DNA of 62,691 nucleotides, counting the filler, from Sphacelaria rigidula (lineage: Eukaryota), in NCBI GenBank assembly GCA_964200075.2. It is 9 parts of 9 records of this genome, joined end to end, with 100 filler letters (N's around TTAATTAATTAA, not from the genome) between each part and the next. Parts side by side here need not be neighbours in the genome. Positions count along the whole stretch, not along the records: positions 1 to 6,877 come from CAXNAA020017616.1; positions 6,978 to 13,854 come from CAXNAA020017617.1; 7 more parts are not named here. One strand, written 5' to 3'. Below the pieces are notes generated by a model. It saw only the letters and a program-made list of their open reading frames with translations, made no database searches and had not been told where the DNA came from. Positions 1 to 11,923 of this stretch are shown here, piece after piece. Numbering within the stretch: position 1 is the stretch's first letter; each line of letters starts with the position of its first letter. A program made the position numbers and the translations under genes.

Positions 1-721
1 GGTGTTCGAAATTCCAAGCTACGGGCACACTCGGGTGGAATCACTGTCCTTCGAGGTATAAGGGCCTGTTTTGACGAGACAAGAAAATTGAGAACGCGCC
101 GTGAGAGTGAGACTGATTCCGGCGTTTTTTTTTATCATGTCTTTGTCCTTCCAATTGGTTGCCCATCAGCTCTGAACCAATCAGAAGGAATAACAGAAAA
201 AAACAAAAAATCGTCCAAACCGCCAGAATCCCTCCCTCCCTCACAGCGAGCGCGTTCTCACAATTTTTGTCTCGTTAATAAAAACACGGCCTGACATCGC
301 CGATACAAGATGCAGCAAGCACATCGCAGTCAAGCATCGCCTCCTTCCTCCGTCACAGCTCGGCGTTGCTGCACCCCATCGACCTCGTGGACATCACTGC
401 ACACACCCAATAATCGCAGTTATTTTGTATTGGCATGGATTTTGCCGTCGTTCAACAACGATGTGCACAATAGATGCCACTCAAGAAGTCAAGACTTTGA
501 TTCATTATTCACCGCAAAGTCCGTACTCAACGGTCCAAGCATAAGAAGCCGTCTTTGTTCCGTGTTGCCGTAGAGCTAGCTCTCCCAACGTCGGCGTCCC
601 AAAGTCCACGGTTAACAAAAACTTGGTCATGCCACCACCATGTGTACCCGAGCCATGGTAGGACCATTTATAGGGGTCATTGTCCCCAAGGTCACGCCCA
701 GGGTGCTCAGCACGGGGGTTG

Positions 722-1600
722 CCTCAGATTGGAACCGGAGCGCCGATTTTTGAGCTCTGCCTACATACACCTTGCCTAGGACATACATAATGATATACAT
801 GTTCCCCTCGACCGAGGGTGTTCGGCCTGCCTTGGGTTTGGGTCAGGTTTGTGTAGGGGGGTAGTGTGAGGGTCTGACAAAAGCACAGGAAGTCCACGCA
901 AAGATTCAAGGATCCGTGGGGAGAAGCTCCATCGCTTCGTAACATCCCTCCCCCCCCCCCTTCCCCCCTCTCCCATGTTGCGCCACATGCGACCGTACGA
1001 ATTGCCTTGCGGAAGATGTGTCATGCTAGACGATCGTAGCTACGTGGTGTGCCACGCGTCAGCTGGTCTGGAGCGATAAGCTACATGGTGGCGAGCCTTC
1101 TTGACTCGCCTCCTCGAGGTGCAGCTCAGAGCACAACCAACACATGATGCAGGGTGAGAGCTCGACCCCTTCGCTCCTCGCAAAAGGTACAGGTTGGGAA
1201 TGTCCATCAGGCTCCAAAACCGGCCTGTATGATAACTGATATTTTGATAAATCGATACATCGAACATCATCTCCGAATTTCCACGATAATGGGCATCGAA
1301 ATTAGCCTGGAATGATGAATGATACTTTGATTTTATACATATCGATAGAGGCTGATGCCTGATGCACGTTCCTATTATAGCACAGAGTCCGTTATATCCT
1401 TGACCCCGGATCCGTGAGCTAATATCGTATATCGTCGAATTTGCATTTGCAAACAGCAGAAGATGTTGAAAACAATCTCTCCGCGAAGACTCCTTCATTT
1501 TGGAATATTCATATTTGTTAGGAAAGATTGCCATCATACACCAATGGAATGCGATAAGTTTTCCCGCAAATGTACCTATGGGTGGGCTCACTCGTTGCAT
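722..1600 (-). mobile_element. Degenerate Penelope-like retroelement relic (RT C-terminal half followed by a GIY-YIG motif)
   Basis: Minus ORF 1040-1600 contains QRVSPPIGT (resembles RT QxxGxPMGT) and FDVSIY...NLYLL...SSHP (resembles PLE thumb FLDV...YL..S.HP). Downstream 809->722 reads EGNMYIIMYVLGKVYVGRAQKSALRF (GIY-YIG-like). Stops and frameshifts lie between the motifs. Confidence 0.4.
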
Positions 1601-1884
1601 TTCAATACTGTATGGGAGGATGGTATATTCCGTACCGCACTCGCTCTTTTCACCCTAATCCCGCCAATTGGCCGAAAAATCAAGAATTAAAGAAGATGCG
1701 CCAGGATGGAAATTTTCGTGGAAGGATTTCTGTGGTGTACGCCGATCCCGTCAATTCGCCGAAAACCCCGCAATTCAAGCAACACAAGCAGGAAACATCG
1801 TGCAAATATTTCTCCGGCCCAGATCACCAGTACTACGTACTGGTACTGGTGATATCAGTTGCGAATGATTTTCTCCAGCGGGAA

Positions 1885-2215
1885 GTGTGTGTGTTGTCGT
1901 CCCATCTATTCTGGACGCCGGTCTACACCGTTCGGTATATGTGGACGCATCAGCCGGGGTCACACAGGAGGAAGGTCAACACAAGAGCTTTTTCTTTTTT
2001 CTTTGTTTTTATTACTCCACCTTCCTCCTGCGGTGCTCGTCTTTTTATTTTTTGTCGCGAGAGGGGTTCAGCGGTCCCTTTCCCTCGTCGACCGTTAACC
2101 CTTGAACCGCGAGATTGGTCTTTCTGGACCATGCATACTTTTTTTCACTTGAAATTGATGCCGATTCAACAGAAGACTAACCTCGCGGTCTAAGGGTTAG
2201 GTCGATTTTTTGTGC
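1885..2215 (-). mobile_element. tRNA-derived SINE, 5'-truncated copy interrupted by a piggyBac-like MITE. A further fragment lies at about 2212-2290
   Basis: Matches the family core gtcgtcccatctattctggacgccggtctacacc...cagccggggtcacacaggaggaaggtcaacac. Confidence 0.85.
2099..2196. mobile_element. piggyBac-like MITE (about 98 bp)
   Basis: TTAA-ccctt...aaggg-TTAG; near-identical to 10520-10616. Confidence 0.85.
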
Positions 2216-2951
2216 CATCCCATCTATCGTGTCACGCCAGTCTTCACCATTCGGTACATGTGGGCGGATCAGCCGGGGTCACACAAGAGAATATGCGTTG
2301 TCTTTTCATAGCTGCTTATTTCATCACGCATACTGTAGTGTCTGACGTAGTATCACTGTACTGTATTTAAATAAACAGGACACAACTTTAGAGTTGACGC
2401 ATACCTCAAATGAAATATCATGCAACAAAATATCTATGTACTCGTACGGAGCGATTCGCCTGTAAATAAGTTACGAGTGAGTACGATGTACTACAGTACA
2501 GTAGAAAAGATTGAAACCTGTACAACTATTATTATAGTTGCCTGAAGACAGCTATCGGAAGAGAAACCAGTACAAACAATCGACAGGCGAAGTCTGTCAC
2601 AGCTTCGTCATCAGACTATCATGGTTGACGCATCCTGGATACGACCTGAACTCTAGTCCTGATAGCGCTAACCCCTGCCAAAGGTGTACCCACAACTCTC
2701 TGGTTGGAGATGATATACATGAAGGTTGTGTCCACAGGCGTCGATGGACAAAACGCTGTGCTGCGCACGACGAGAGCACTCGAGACCGGCATCCCTTCAA
2801 AGATCCGGATTTCACGATCCTAGAACAAATTCGGATCAAGATTGCTGAAATAAAGAACCGCCGGTGGCTGGATGTGTGTGTATGTGTTTGTGTTTGTGCC
2901 TGTGTTTGATGGATTGATTATCTCACATTAGCGTTTGTTTGTTTGTTTGTT

Positions 2952-3195
2952 TGTGTGTGTTGCCATCCCATCAATTCTGGACGCCAGTCTATACCTTTTT
3001 GTATATGACATGTGGGCTTATATGCCGGGGTTACACAGCAGGAAGGTAAAAGGTCACACAGCAGGAAGGTTGACACGAGAGTTTTCATCGGTCGACCTTC
3101 CATGCCTTTACTGTTTTCATCACGAGAAAGGTTCAGCGCTTCCTTACCCTGGTCGACCGTCAAGTCGAACTTTGTGTACCCACGACATACAGTGG
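2952..3195 (-). mobile_element. tRNA-derived SINE, truncated copy, adjacent to (GTTT)n
   Basis: Family core present, with an internal duplication of cacacagcaggaaggt. Confidence 0.85.
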
Positions 3196-3768
3196 ATAAT
3201 CCCTCTACACGGTTGTGCATGATGTGAGAAAATATTTCAGCTCACATGGCCTCACCAAAATATGAAGCCACATACCTCCCTATACCTCAGAGGCTCTCTC
3301 AGGGGTGGGTAACGAAGCAACCGGGGCGGCCTGCCTGTACTGTATGAAAATAGAAAATATTCCTCAAGTGGGATGCAGCTGATGATAGGAATTTGCGGTC
3401 GAAATTTCGCGTATTTGACTTCTGTAGTTGGACGTGAACAAATTTTGTGGGACAAATTACCGCAACGCTCTGGTTGTCTGAAAAAACCAGCGGGTTGGAA
3501 GTGGGAAAGCTGCGAAACTGGTTGCGAAGGTCGAATAAATGACTAGTGAATCAGGCGATTTGAACCCTGCGTACGCTGCTCACTGAAAGCTCCAAGAACA
3601 ACAAGAGAAAGCTCTTCGAATGGGTTTTACATGCCATTCGTGGTATGATTGTAGCACAATCGAAGTCATAATCATCGATCGTTTCTGGTGATGTACTTCC
3701 GGTCGCCTTGTTGCGCATGTATGCTGTTGTAAGTGGGCAGTGTTTCGTAATTACGTCATATCGGGTCA

Positions 3769-3920
3769 AGCACGCATGAGGAAGGTGGAGTACTATAACA
3801 AAAAAAAACAAGGAAAAAAAACCCTTCTGTTGACCTTGCTCCTGTGTGACCCCAGCTGGTGCGCCCACACATACCGAAAGGTGTAGAATGGCGTCCAGAA
3901 TGAATGGGGCGACAACACAT
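3769..3920 (+). mobile_element. tRNA-derived SINE, 3' fragment
   Basis: Reverse complement of the family core (gaccttgctcctgtgtgaccccagctggtgcgcccacacataccgaaagg...gacaacac). Confidence 0.85.
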
Positions 3921-6877
3921 CGGGTCAAACCACATGTAGTCACAGCAGGGGAAAAGAGAAAATCTACATGGTTCATACAAATACATTCTACTACAGGTGA
4001 CACGTGTTGTTTTCAAAAATAAAAAATCTGAGCATTCTTGTTGAATTTGGTACTGTCTGTACTACTGTACAATTTCTTGGCCGGACAACGTAGTTTTTCG
4101 TGCTAGCACTTGTCGAGACATGTTGCAGCGTCTATCGCTAAAATGCACTACATAGTGAACGGAAAAGCAGTTGGCGCACGTAGACGCTGAGGTAACTGTT
4201 GTCTGTCCCATCCAGATGCGTGCGATACTTCTTCTCTAGTCGTCAGTCACAGGCGGGTCCTTCCGTCCTCATCGTTATGCGGGCTTGCGTTGTGTTCTTT
4301 GAATTTCGGTTCTTACAGCAGTTTGATAGGAGCAGAGACGGTGAATGATTCGGCAGCTCAGCCTTGCGATGCCTTTACCATGCCAAACGAATAGTTGCTG
4401 GAGTGAAATCGCGCCCCCCTGATCTCAGGGATGATCATAGATGCTGAGAAGTTGCGGTTATCCGCTGCAAGTCACTACGTATGACGGCCCCTGTAAGGAC
4501 TGAACGTAGTCATTGATGTGCTGGCTGCACACAAGTGGGGCGAGGAACAAACGACGATCTCCCTGGTGAAAACCATGGGTCGGTCATGTTATTTTTCCGA
4601 GAATCAAGGAGAACTATGTTCGTACGTTATTATCATTCGGCGCGCAGAGAGGCGAAAAAATCATGCGCACCAAAGAAAAGAAGGCGCCAATGCGAATATT
4701 TGAACGGATGGGACAGAGGAGCTGGTACAGAAACTGAGGCCTTGCTCTCTCACTGCAGCACTTGGTGGTGATGCGCGAACACGGTCTGGGATCGCTACAT
4801 GCTCTTCGTATCTCGACATGCCGTGACTGGTTGTGCTGACTGCACTGTCGTTGGCACTTTACAGTTACAGTTACCGGACGACCATGAAGGAGAGACGGGA
4901 GGCAGACCGAAAAAAAATACAGTGAACAGTATGGTTGGGGTACAGTACAATTTCGATCAAACACCTCACCAGCATCACCTGCATGTGTACTTGAGGAACT
5001 AAATGCCGGCTTGAAGTGCTATGTAGGCATAGCTAGCTGCCATGGCGGGGGGTTAGAAACGACATGTATGTGCGTGCGTTACTCCAGAGCTCGAGACTAT
5101 TGCACGCGGTGTACGCGGTCATGTGTGGGGTGACTCGCTCTACATTATTTCCCACATCGTCAATTTTGAAATGGAAGCAAGAAATACTCAACGTCATGCG
5201 GTGCAGACAAACGTGAGAATCGTGAGACCGCAGATCCCCTCACGATCCCTTTGATCGTATATGTAAGACTCATTTACTATTTTCTGTATGCAGAAACGTT
5301 TCCTATTTTTTCTAGCCGCTCTTCCGTTCACCGTTCACCCGTCATTGGAACAGGGCAGAAATCAAATCACATCTTCACCTCATCCGCGATGGAGACCCAG
5401 TGATCGCGCACCAGGTTGACCTTCTTCATATTGAGTACGGCATCCAGGTTTATCTCTGGAGGCAAATAAGGCCGGTACCTCTCCTTTACACTCACGCGTA
5501 CGCCCGAAGACACCGATACCGGCGCGCTCGCACTCGTGCCCATAGCCTATCAACGAAGCCCTACCAACTCAGTTGCTCCGCTTATCCGAACGGCGCCCGC
5601 CACCGCTCCTGCCCCCGCTCCTCTTGCCTGCTATCTTCAGACCCCCAGAAGGAAAGTGTTGGAATGGGACCATGTACGCTTCCTGCAGATAGATGGTTGA
5701 TGCGAATGTCGATATAATCTACAGCAATCTACAATTACTGCGCTGGGCACTGTACTTTATGTAGTGTCTGTACATCAACTGTTGTATTACAATGTTCTGC
5801 GACACGTGCTGGTAATAATCCGGCTGCCAATTGATTACAGAAGGATCGGGTCGAAAGTGAGCCGTTTTTTTTCGGCTCGTCACACACCAGGCACCAGTAA
5901 TCTTGGAAAATAACATAGGTCAAGCAGGCAGGATTTTTGCCTCCGACAAACTCAAAGTGGACCACACGCGCAGCGAGTTCTGCGGAGTGCTTGGCGATCC
6001 TCGTGAGAGGAATGTCGAATCTTCGCACATCTTTAAAGAAGTGTGGGAAAATAGGAGCATCGTTGTCGTTGCGGTAAGAGTCTAGAACAAGCGATTAAGC
6101 TATTCACTCTGGATCAAACTCGCATAAAAATCAAGACTGCTACGTACCCCCCTCTGTGCACGCCTACGGTGCTTCGCGGAGGCCGACCCCGCCCATTAAA
6201 AAAAAAGGTAACGCTGCATATCGCATCTGACTATTGAAAATATCCCGTCGAGTGTATGTGCAGAGTTGAGATTGAAACCATCAAGTTGTTGAACAGATGT
6301 GGGCTGTATACCTTCGAAGATACTGCGGGTGTTTTTTAGCCGAGTCACACTGTCTGTAGATGCAACATATTTTGAAAAATCACCGCCGTGAAAACGTGAA
6401 AACTACCCCTCAAGGCTGGGCAAGTCCTCATATTTTCGGTCGATATACATATATATCCTGCAGGATTTTATGTGCAGTGTTTGGAGTGGAATCGTGCAAT
6501 TGTTAACAAGATTTCAGGCTGGTGCGTTCAAGAAAGGGTAATACAGTGTTACAGGTGTTACAGGTGGCAACAGCACTTAAGAAATAACCAGTTGAGGAAT
6601 CGAGGCTCAGAAAATTTAGATTTTAATAAATTGATACTATAATACGTAAAACATATTGAAAATTTGCTCAGATCGGAGCGAAAATATGAATAAGAAATTG
6701 AAAGATGCAAGAGGCTCGGCGGAGAACAAATCTGTAATCGACCTTGCAGCCTTGGGTAATGAGAAACTGCTCTCAGACCCAGCAGTCCCTCGACGCACAA
6801 GGATACCCCCCCCCCTCTACTCCCCCCCCCCAGGAGTACGTATTAACAGCCGATTTTCGAAAATGGGGTTGAAAAAA

Positions 6878-6977
6878 NNNNNNNNNNNNNNNNNNNNNNN
6901 NNNNNNNNNNNNNNNNNNNNNTTAATTAATTAANNNNNNNNNNNNNNNNNNNNNNNNNNNNNNNNNNNNNNNNNNNN
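6878..6977. other. Artificial contig spacer (N44-TTAATTAATTAA-N44). Identical spacers at 13855-13954, 20832-20931, 27809-27908, 34786-34885, 41763-41862, 48740-48839 and 55716-55815
   Basis: 100-bp N blocks containing a six-frame stop linker, recurring every 6977/6976 bp. Confidence 0.98.
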
Positions 6978-8344
6978 TTTGTCGGTGCTGGATTGGATGG
7001 GTGCTTGGCGTTGTCGTGGGGGGGGTGCGGGGGAGGGGGTTTGGTCGTACTCTTTGTTGCTTGCCTTAGTCGTTTGACCGTTGACCACGCATCCCTTTCG
7101 AGACGGAGCATCGGCTTGCGGTATTGCAGAAGGTTTTCGCGGCTGTTTCAGTCTGATGACGAACGAGGTACAGGTAGGATAAGGCGTGGTGAGTGTGCTG
7201 TTGAGGATATTTGTTGAGTGTCAAGGGGTTAGAAACGGCAACCAAATATGTTGGATGTATTTATACGACAACGCACGAAGTGCTGCAGAAACATGTTGAA
7301 ATGTGGGGTTGTATATGTGGGTTCGAGATACGATTGGCTGGTTACTTTGTTACAGTGAAATGTCATTTTTGCGTAGTGGTACTGTAGTGGAATGCGTGTA
7401 GTGTGATGGGGTGTTGTAAGGTTTTTCTGGAGGCGTGGACCGACTGCGCTGTGTATTTAGTAAACCCCTCGTCCGGGGAGGGCAGTGTTCGAGTTTCGAA
7501 CGTCCACAGTTTTTGTTCCGAAATATTCAAGGTCAACAATGCCTTCGTGAGATTGCTCGTGGTGAGCGTGGAAATTTGCTCCGTATTTGTTGCTGTGGTC
7601 AACATGTGGTCATGGCGGCAACCGCAAAAGGCTTCGCCGGTTGCAACATGGAGACGAAAGGCTGAGACGGACCGTTGTCAATGCTTGTGGATTCGTGGGA
7701 ACCTGTAAAATCACGGTAGGCGAGCAAGTATTTTACTTGTGTATCGAACATTCCGGTGTGGTCCGGCAGGGTATCGAGCTTTGTTCCGAACAATCCGGTA
7801 TATGGTTCAGAAGGGAATTTACCGATGAAATACATTTTTTTTGTACATCTGTAAACACCCGAATTTCCGCCAGTATACGGTACACCCTACAGAGCACAAC
7901 CTTGCTTCTTCAATTGAAATTTTGTCTTGTCTTGCGAGTATTTGAAGGTTGGTTTTTGTAGGCATAGGTGGATGCTACATCGGCACGGCTCAGCGGAGGG
8001 CAGGCGTGGTGGCAAAAGTAGAAGTTTTAGCCGATGGACGCGCGACGTCCTTTTGCCGTTTTTCTCGTTGTCGAAGGAGGCTGTATTCCCCCCCTTCGCG
8101 TATCATTCTGCTGTGTTTGCTGATATCCTCGCACATACGTATGGCCACATAAATGTACCGCTGGCGCCATTACCGGTACTGTTTTGCTGCAATCCGGCGG
8201 CAACATGCTGCGTAGGGCGTGTCTCATTAGGCCGTTTCTTAAAAACAAACAAATAAAAAAATCTTGAAAGAACGCTTTTTTGGTCCATCTTCGTCGTTTT
8301 TTATGGCCTAGAAGAGAGCTAAGCGGAATTTGACACCTTGGAAT

Positions 8345-8770
8345 GACTTGCTCTACTCCTTGAGACGGTTCCCGGATATCTCTGCGTTGTCCAGTGTGTG
8401 TATGTTGTTGTCCCATTTATTCTGGGCCAGTCTACACCTTTCGGTATATGTGGGCGCATCAGCCGGGGTCACACAGGAGGAAGGTCAACACAGGAGCTTT
8501 TTCTTCTTTTCGTTTGTCTTTAGTATTCCACCTTCCTTCTGCAGTGCTTGCCTACTATTTTTATCGCGAGACCGGTGACCGCAGTTATTTCGTCCAAACG
8601 AGCGTTTTGATCCAAGAACGGTCACGAACGGTCAAATCTAGAAAAAAAAACTCCATTCTTTTCTGGACTTGACCGTCTCTGGGCAAAATGCTCGTTTGAC
8701 CAAAATAAAAACTGCGGCCACCGGACAATGCGAACATGTCTGGGAACCGCCTCAAGGTGTAGAGCAAGTA
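8345..8770. mobile_element. Foldback MITE with long TIRs, interrupted by a SINE
   Basis: Left acttgctctactccttgagacggttcccggatat...gtccagtg is the reverse complement of right caccggacaatgcgaacatgtctgggaaccgcctcaaggtgtagagcaagt. The arm resumes after the SINE at about 8572. Confidence 0.8.
8394..8571 (-). mobile_element. tRNA-derived SINE, 5'-truncated, nested in a MITE
   Basis: Family core with (GT)-rich tail. Confidence 0.85.
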
Positions 8771-8974
8771 CTGTAGTAACGATGACGCACGGTCTATATG
8801 TGGCGATGGCCTCCTCTATCTAGCCAGGCGTTCTTTCTCCCCTCACCGACAAGAGGTGTTGTTCCGGACTCTGCCCCAAAGTCCGTGTGTATAGTAGTCA
8901 GGATCAGAAGTTTTCAAAATTCGTAGTTGTCCTTTTTTCTGAGTTTTTTTCGAGTACCGTTCTTCACCATTACT

Positions 8975-9440
8975 TGAAAGTGCTAGCGCCGGTAGATTTA
9001 AGGAGAAAGCGTAGGCCGCGTTCAAATTGCAGTGCTCACGTTGGTGTTTTTGGGACGATACCAACTTGATACCCCGTTTATCAGGAGGGTGTTATTGACC
9101 GTTTTTGGTCCAATATAAGCACTTTTCCCGCTCTTCAGCGACGAAACGGTAAATATTCAGATAAGTTAATACGCATGAAATTCTTCACAAAAAACGATCG
9201 ACATCGTGTTTCCCTCCCATACTGCACAGACCTCAGTGTAGCATTTTCTGCGGATGGCCTATTTTCGTTTTTTTTCGCATAACATTTTCCATGAGCACCC
9301 GAAAGTGCTAGCGTCGATAGTTTTGGCAAAATAAGCAAACCGTACCCAAATCACAATCGCCCAAGTTGGTGTTGTGGGGGCAATACCGGGTAAAGACCCC
9401 GTTTATCAGGAGGGTGTTATTGACCGTAAATGGTCAAAGA
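8975..9440. repeat. Diverged direct repeat, period about 325 bp
   Basis: gaaagtgctagcg...accccgtttatcaggagggtgttattgaccgt occurs twice. Confidence 0.8.
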
Positions 9441-9794
9441 AACATAGTTTTCCTGCTTGAGCGCAGTGACTAGGTGGAATTAAAAAGAAAAACTTTTTGA
9501 GTTCTCACTTATATAATCCGGATCGAATCGATCCACCGAAAACACCGAAAAGCTAGAGCCTGGGGTCGTATTTTCGCAGGACTCCCTAAGATCGGTCAAG
9601 CCCGTAAGTCACTCATGATTGATCGGAGATGATTTTTCTTTCAACATTTGTGAAGAGGATGGAAATATCTCCGGATGCCCATTTTTGGCATCCAACAGTC
9701 ACTGTGACGAGCGGTGGCAAACAAAACACATTTGGACAATCTTTGAGAAACTAAGAAATTTCGGATTCTGCATACTTCTGACGATGACTACTGT

Positions 9795-10276
9795 ATGTGT
9801 TGTGATGTTGTCGTCCCATCCAATCTGGACGCTGCTCTACACCTTTCGGTATAAAATGTGGGCGCACCAATCGGGGTCACACAGGAAGACCAACACAAGA
9901 GTTTTGTTTGTTTATTTGTTTTTGCTTCTCCACTTCCTTCTGCGGTGCTTGCCCTTCTTTTTTATCGCGAGAAGAAGAGGGTACAGCAGCCCCTTTCCAC
10001 AGAAGGTTGTTTGTTTGGTTGTTCTTCCTTCTCCACTTCCTTCTGCGATGCTTACCTTTTTTGTTCATCGCGAGAGGGGTCCAACGGCCCCTTTCCCTCG
10101 TCGACTGCAGTCTCGTTTTGAGTCGACTTTTGTGCGCCCACGACACAGATAGTCGCTCTCCACTACTACTGTTGGGCATTGTGTGGGAATTTATCCCAGA
10201 TCACTCCGAGAATCGAACCCACGAACCAACCGTTAGAAGGTTTTGAGGTTTCCAACTGAGCCACCGGGGCGACCGG
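9795..10276 (-). mobile_element. tRNA-derived SINE, full-length (with internal duplication)
   Basis: Minus-strand head GGTCGCCCCGGTGGCTCAGTTGG (A box)...GGGTTCGATTC (B box), followed by the family body and a CA-rich tail. Confidence 0.88.
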
Positions 10277-10519
10277 GTACAGTATATCCGTCTAGGTTGG
10301 GGTCCTGGCTGTAAAAGGGTCTGACCCCTTGGACGCCAGATACGTGTGGGAACAACTACTGTTGTTCTTGCTTACGGGCGATGGGTCCTCGGCAGACGTT
10401 CGAAGCCTTGCCAGGCAGTTCAGTCCTGCTTCTTCTGTAGGCGTAGGGACGTAACACGAAGTTTTCGTGAGACTGCAATTAGAGCGCTAATTGAGAGTGG
10501 CTTTGATCATCCGCTTTAA

Positions 10520-10616
10520 CCCTTAGACCGCGAGATTAGTCTTCTGGATCATGCATACTTTTTTTCACTTGAAATTAATGCCGATTCAACAGAAGACTAA
10601 CCTCGCGGTCTAAGGG
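10520..10616. mobile_element. piggyBac-like MITE (97 bp), TTAA TSD
   Basis: TTAA-cccttagaccgcgagattagtcttctg...cagaagactaacctcgcggtctaaggg-TTAA. Confidence 0.92.
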
Positions 10617-11707
10617 TTAACTTACCCAACTTTTCACCCCGCGTGTACTTTTCTTTGCTTTTACCGCTGGCGTGTGCTTACAGCTACACGTCGACATCCT
10701 ACTCGGGGTTATCAAGGGCCTCAGTGGCAGGTTACTACAGAAAACATATCGGGCCTCGTGGACGATCATTTCGGAACTGAAACGATTCATTCACTAATTG
10801 ACCGCTTTTTATTCTCAATCGTATCCTCTACTCTATCTCACGAAAACGTTGTTGTGTTCGGATTTCCGCCCCCTGCTTGCTTGAGCTAAATTTTTCGTGT
10901 GTTTTGTGACGCGACGGGGATCTGATTGGTGTAGAGGTGAACTTTTTCGCCGGCTAGCGGTGAGCGAATTTTCGCATCATACTTCACTCACTCACACCTA
11001 CACCCACTCGTAAATGTGTTGGGTGCTCAAGCCAACAACTCCCCGTCCGTACTATTTCTGTTGACGCCAGTTGTTCCACTAAAATTGCATAATTTTCACT
11101 TGGAAAATGAGGATCAAGACCTAGATGACCGACCCCGGCAGGGAGAGGAGCTTCATTCTGCCCCAGGTTATTAATTTCCTCCCACCATTTTTCGCGACCG
11201 CCTCTCACTTTTTTTTGTGGCGGTGATCGGGTCGGGATTCGAATCTGGGACCTTTCGGCAACAACTGCGACCGTTGTTGGTGTCAATTTGAAGAGGAGAT
11301 ATGTCCCGGAGAAACGCTGGCGTTAATTCAACCAGGTTGGATAGCATGTGCACATTTACTAGTTTTCGCGAGATTGAGTGCATATACGAGAGAATATAGG
11401 AAATCCTAATCGACGTATTGACCGGTTTTTCTTGGGAGGTACTTCGCCGAGTCAGTCGAAGAAGAGCGGCTTGAATGACAACTCTTATAGCCGTTGGATG
11501 AATCCAATCCTCCTGTACTGTATACTTTTGTTGTTACACTGGCCTCGTCAAATAGCAGCAATCTGGAATTCCAGATTTCCAGAAGAAGAAGTGGTAGCTC
11601 AATGCCTGGACAGTTTCAAGGCCGAAATGCCCCTCCAGGCCTCATACGATCGAGGCGTTGTTGGTCCTCTGAAGTACAGCAGTAGTAGTAGCTCGCCAAT
11701 ATGAGAG

Positions 11708-11923
11708 GTAGCTCAAACTCGGTTGGTTCCCGGTTTCCTGGTTTGTTTTGTTGTATTTTTTCAAGTGAAAGTGATGGCGATTCATCAGATGATGAGACAG
11801 ACTCTCTCAGCGCCAGGTCAGGTCCTCATGTGAATCGCCATCATCGCACTTTCCCTTGAAAAAATAGTACAAAACCCAGATCCAGCGAATAAATCAGGAA
11901 AACGGGAACCGAGTTTGAGATAC
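11708..11923. mobile_element. Foldback element / MITE with imperfect long TIRs
   Basis: gtagctcaaactcggtt...tttttcaagtgaaagtgatggcgattca pairs with tgaatcgccatcatcgcactttcccttgaaaaaa...aaccgagtttgagatac. Confidence 0.7.

Noticed and set aside
1570..2193. 207-aa ORF and similar ORFs containing WAHQPGSHRRKVNT or VGASAGVTQEEGQH
   Set aside because: Chance translations of the SINE; not a protein family
6922..6933. TTAATTAATTAA repeated at a fixed 6977-bp interval
   Set aside because: Assembly linker inside N runs; not biological
6990..7990. A/C-rich minus-strand ORF fragments suggesting a retroelement ORF
   Set aside because: No diagnostic motif recognised
10203..10274. tRNA gene on the minus strand
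   Set aside because: Has A/B boxes but no proper anticodon arm or acceptor pairing, and continues into the SINE body
11300..11700. Possible SF3 helicase Walker A (YFRGPT..) on the minus strand
   Set aside because: GKS/T missing and many stops
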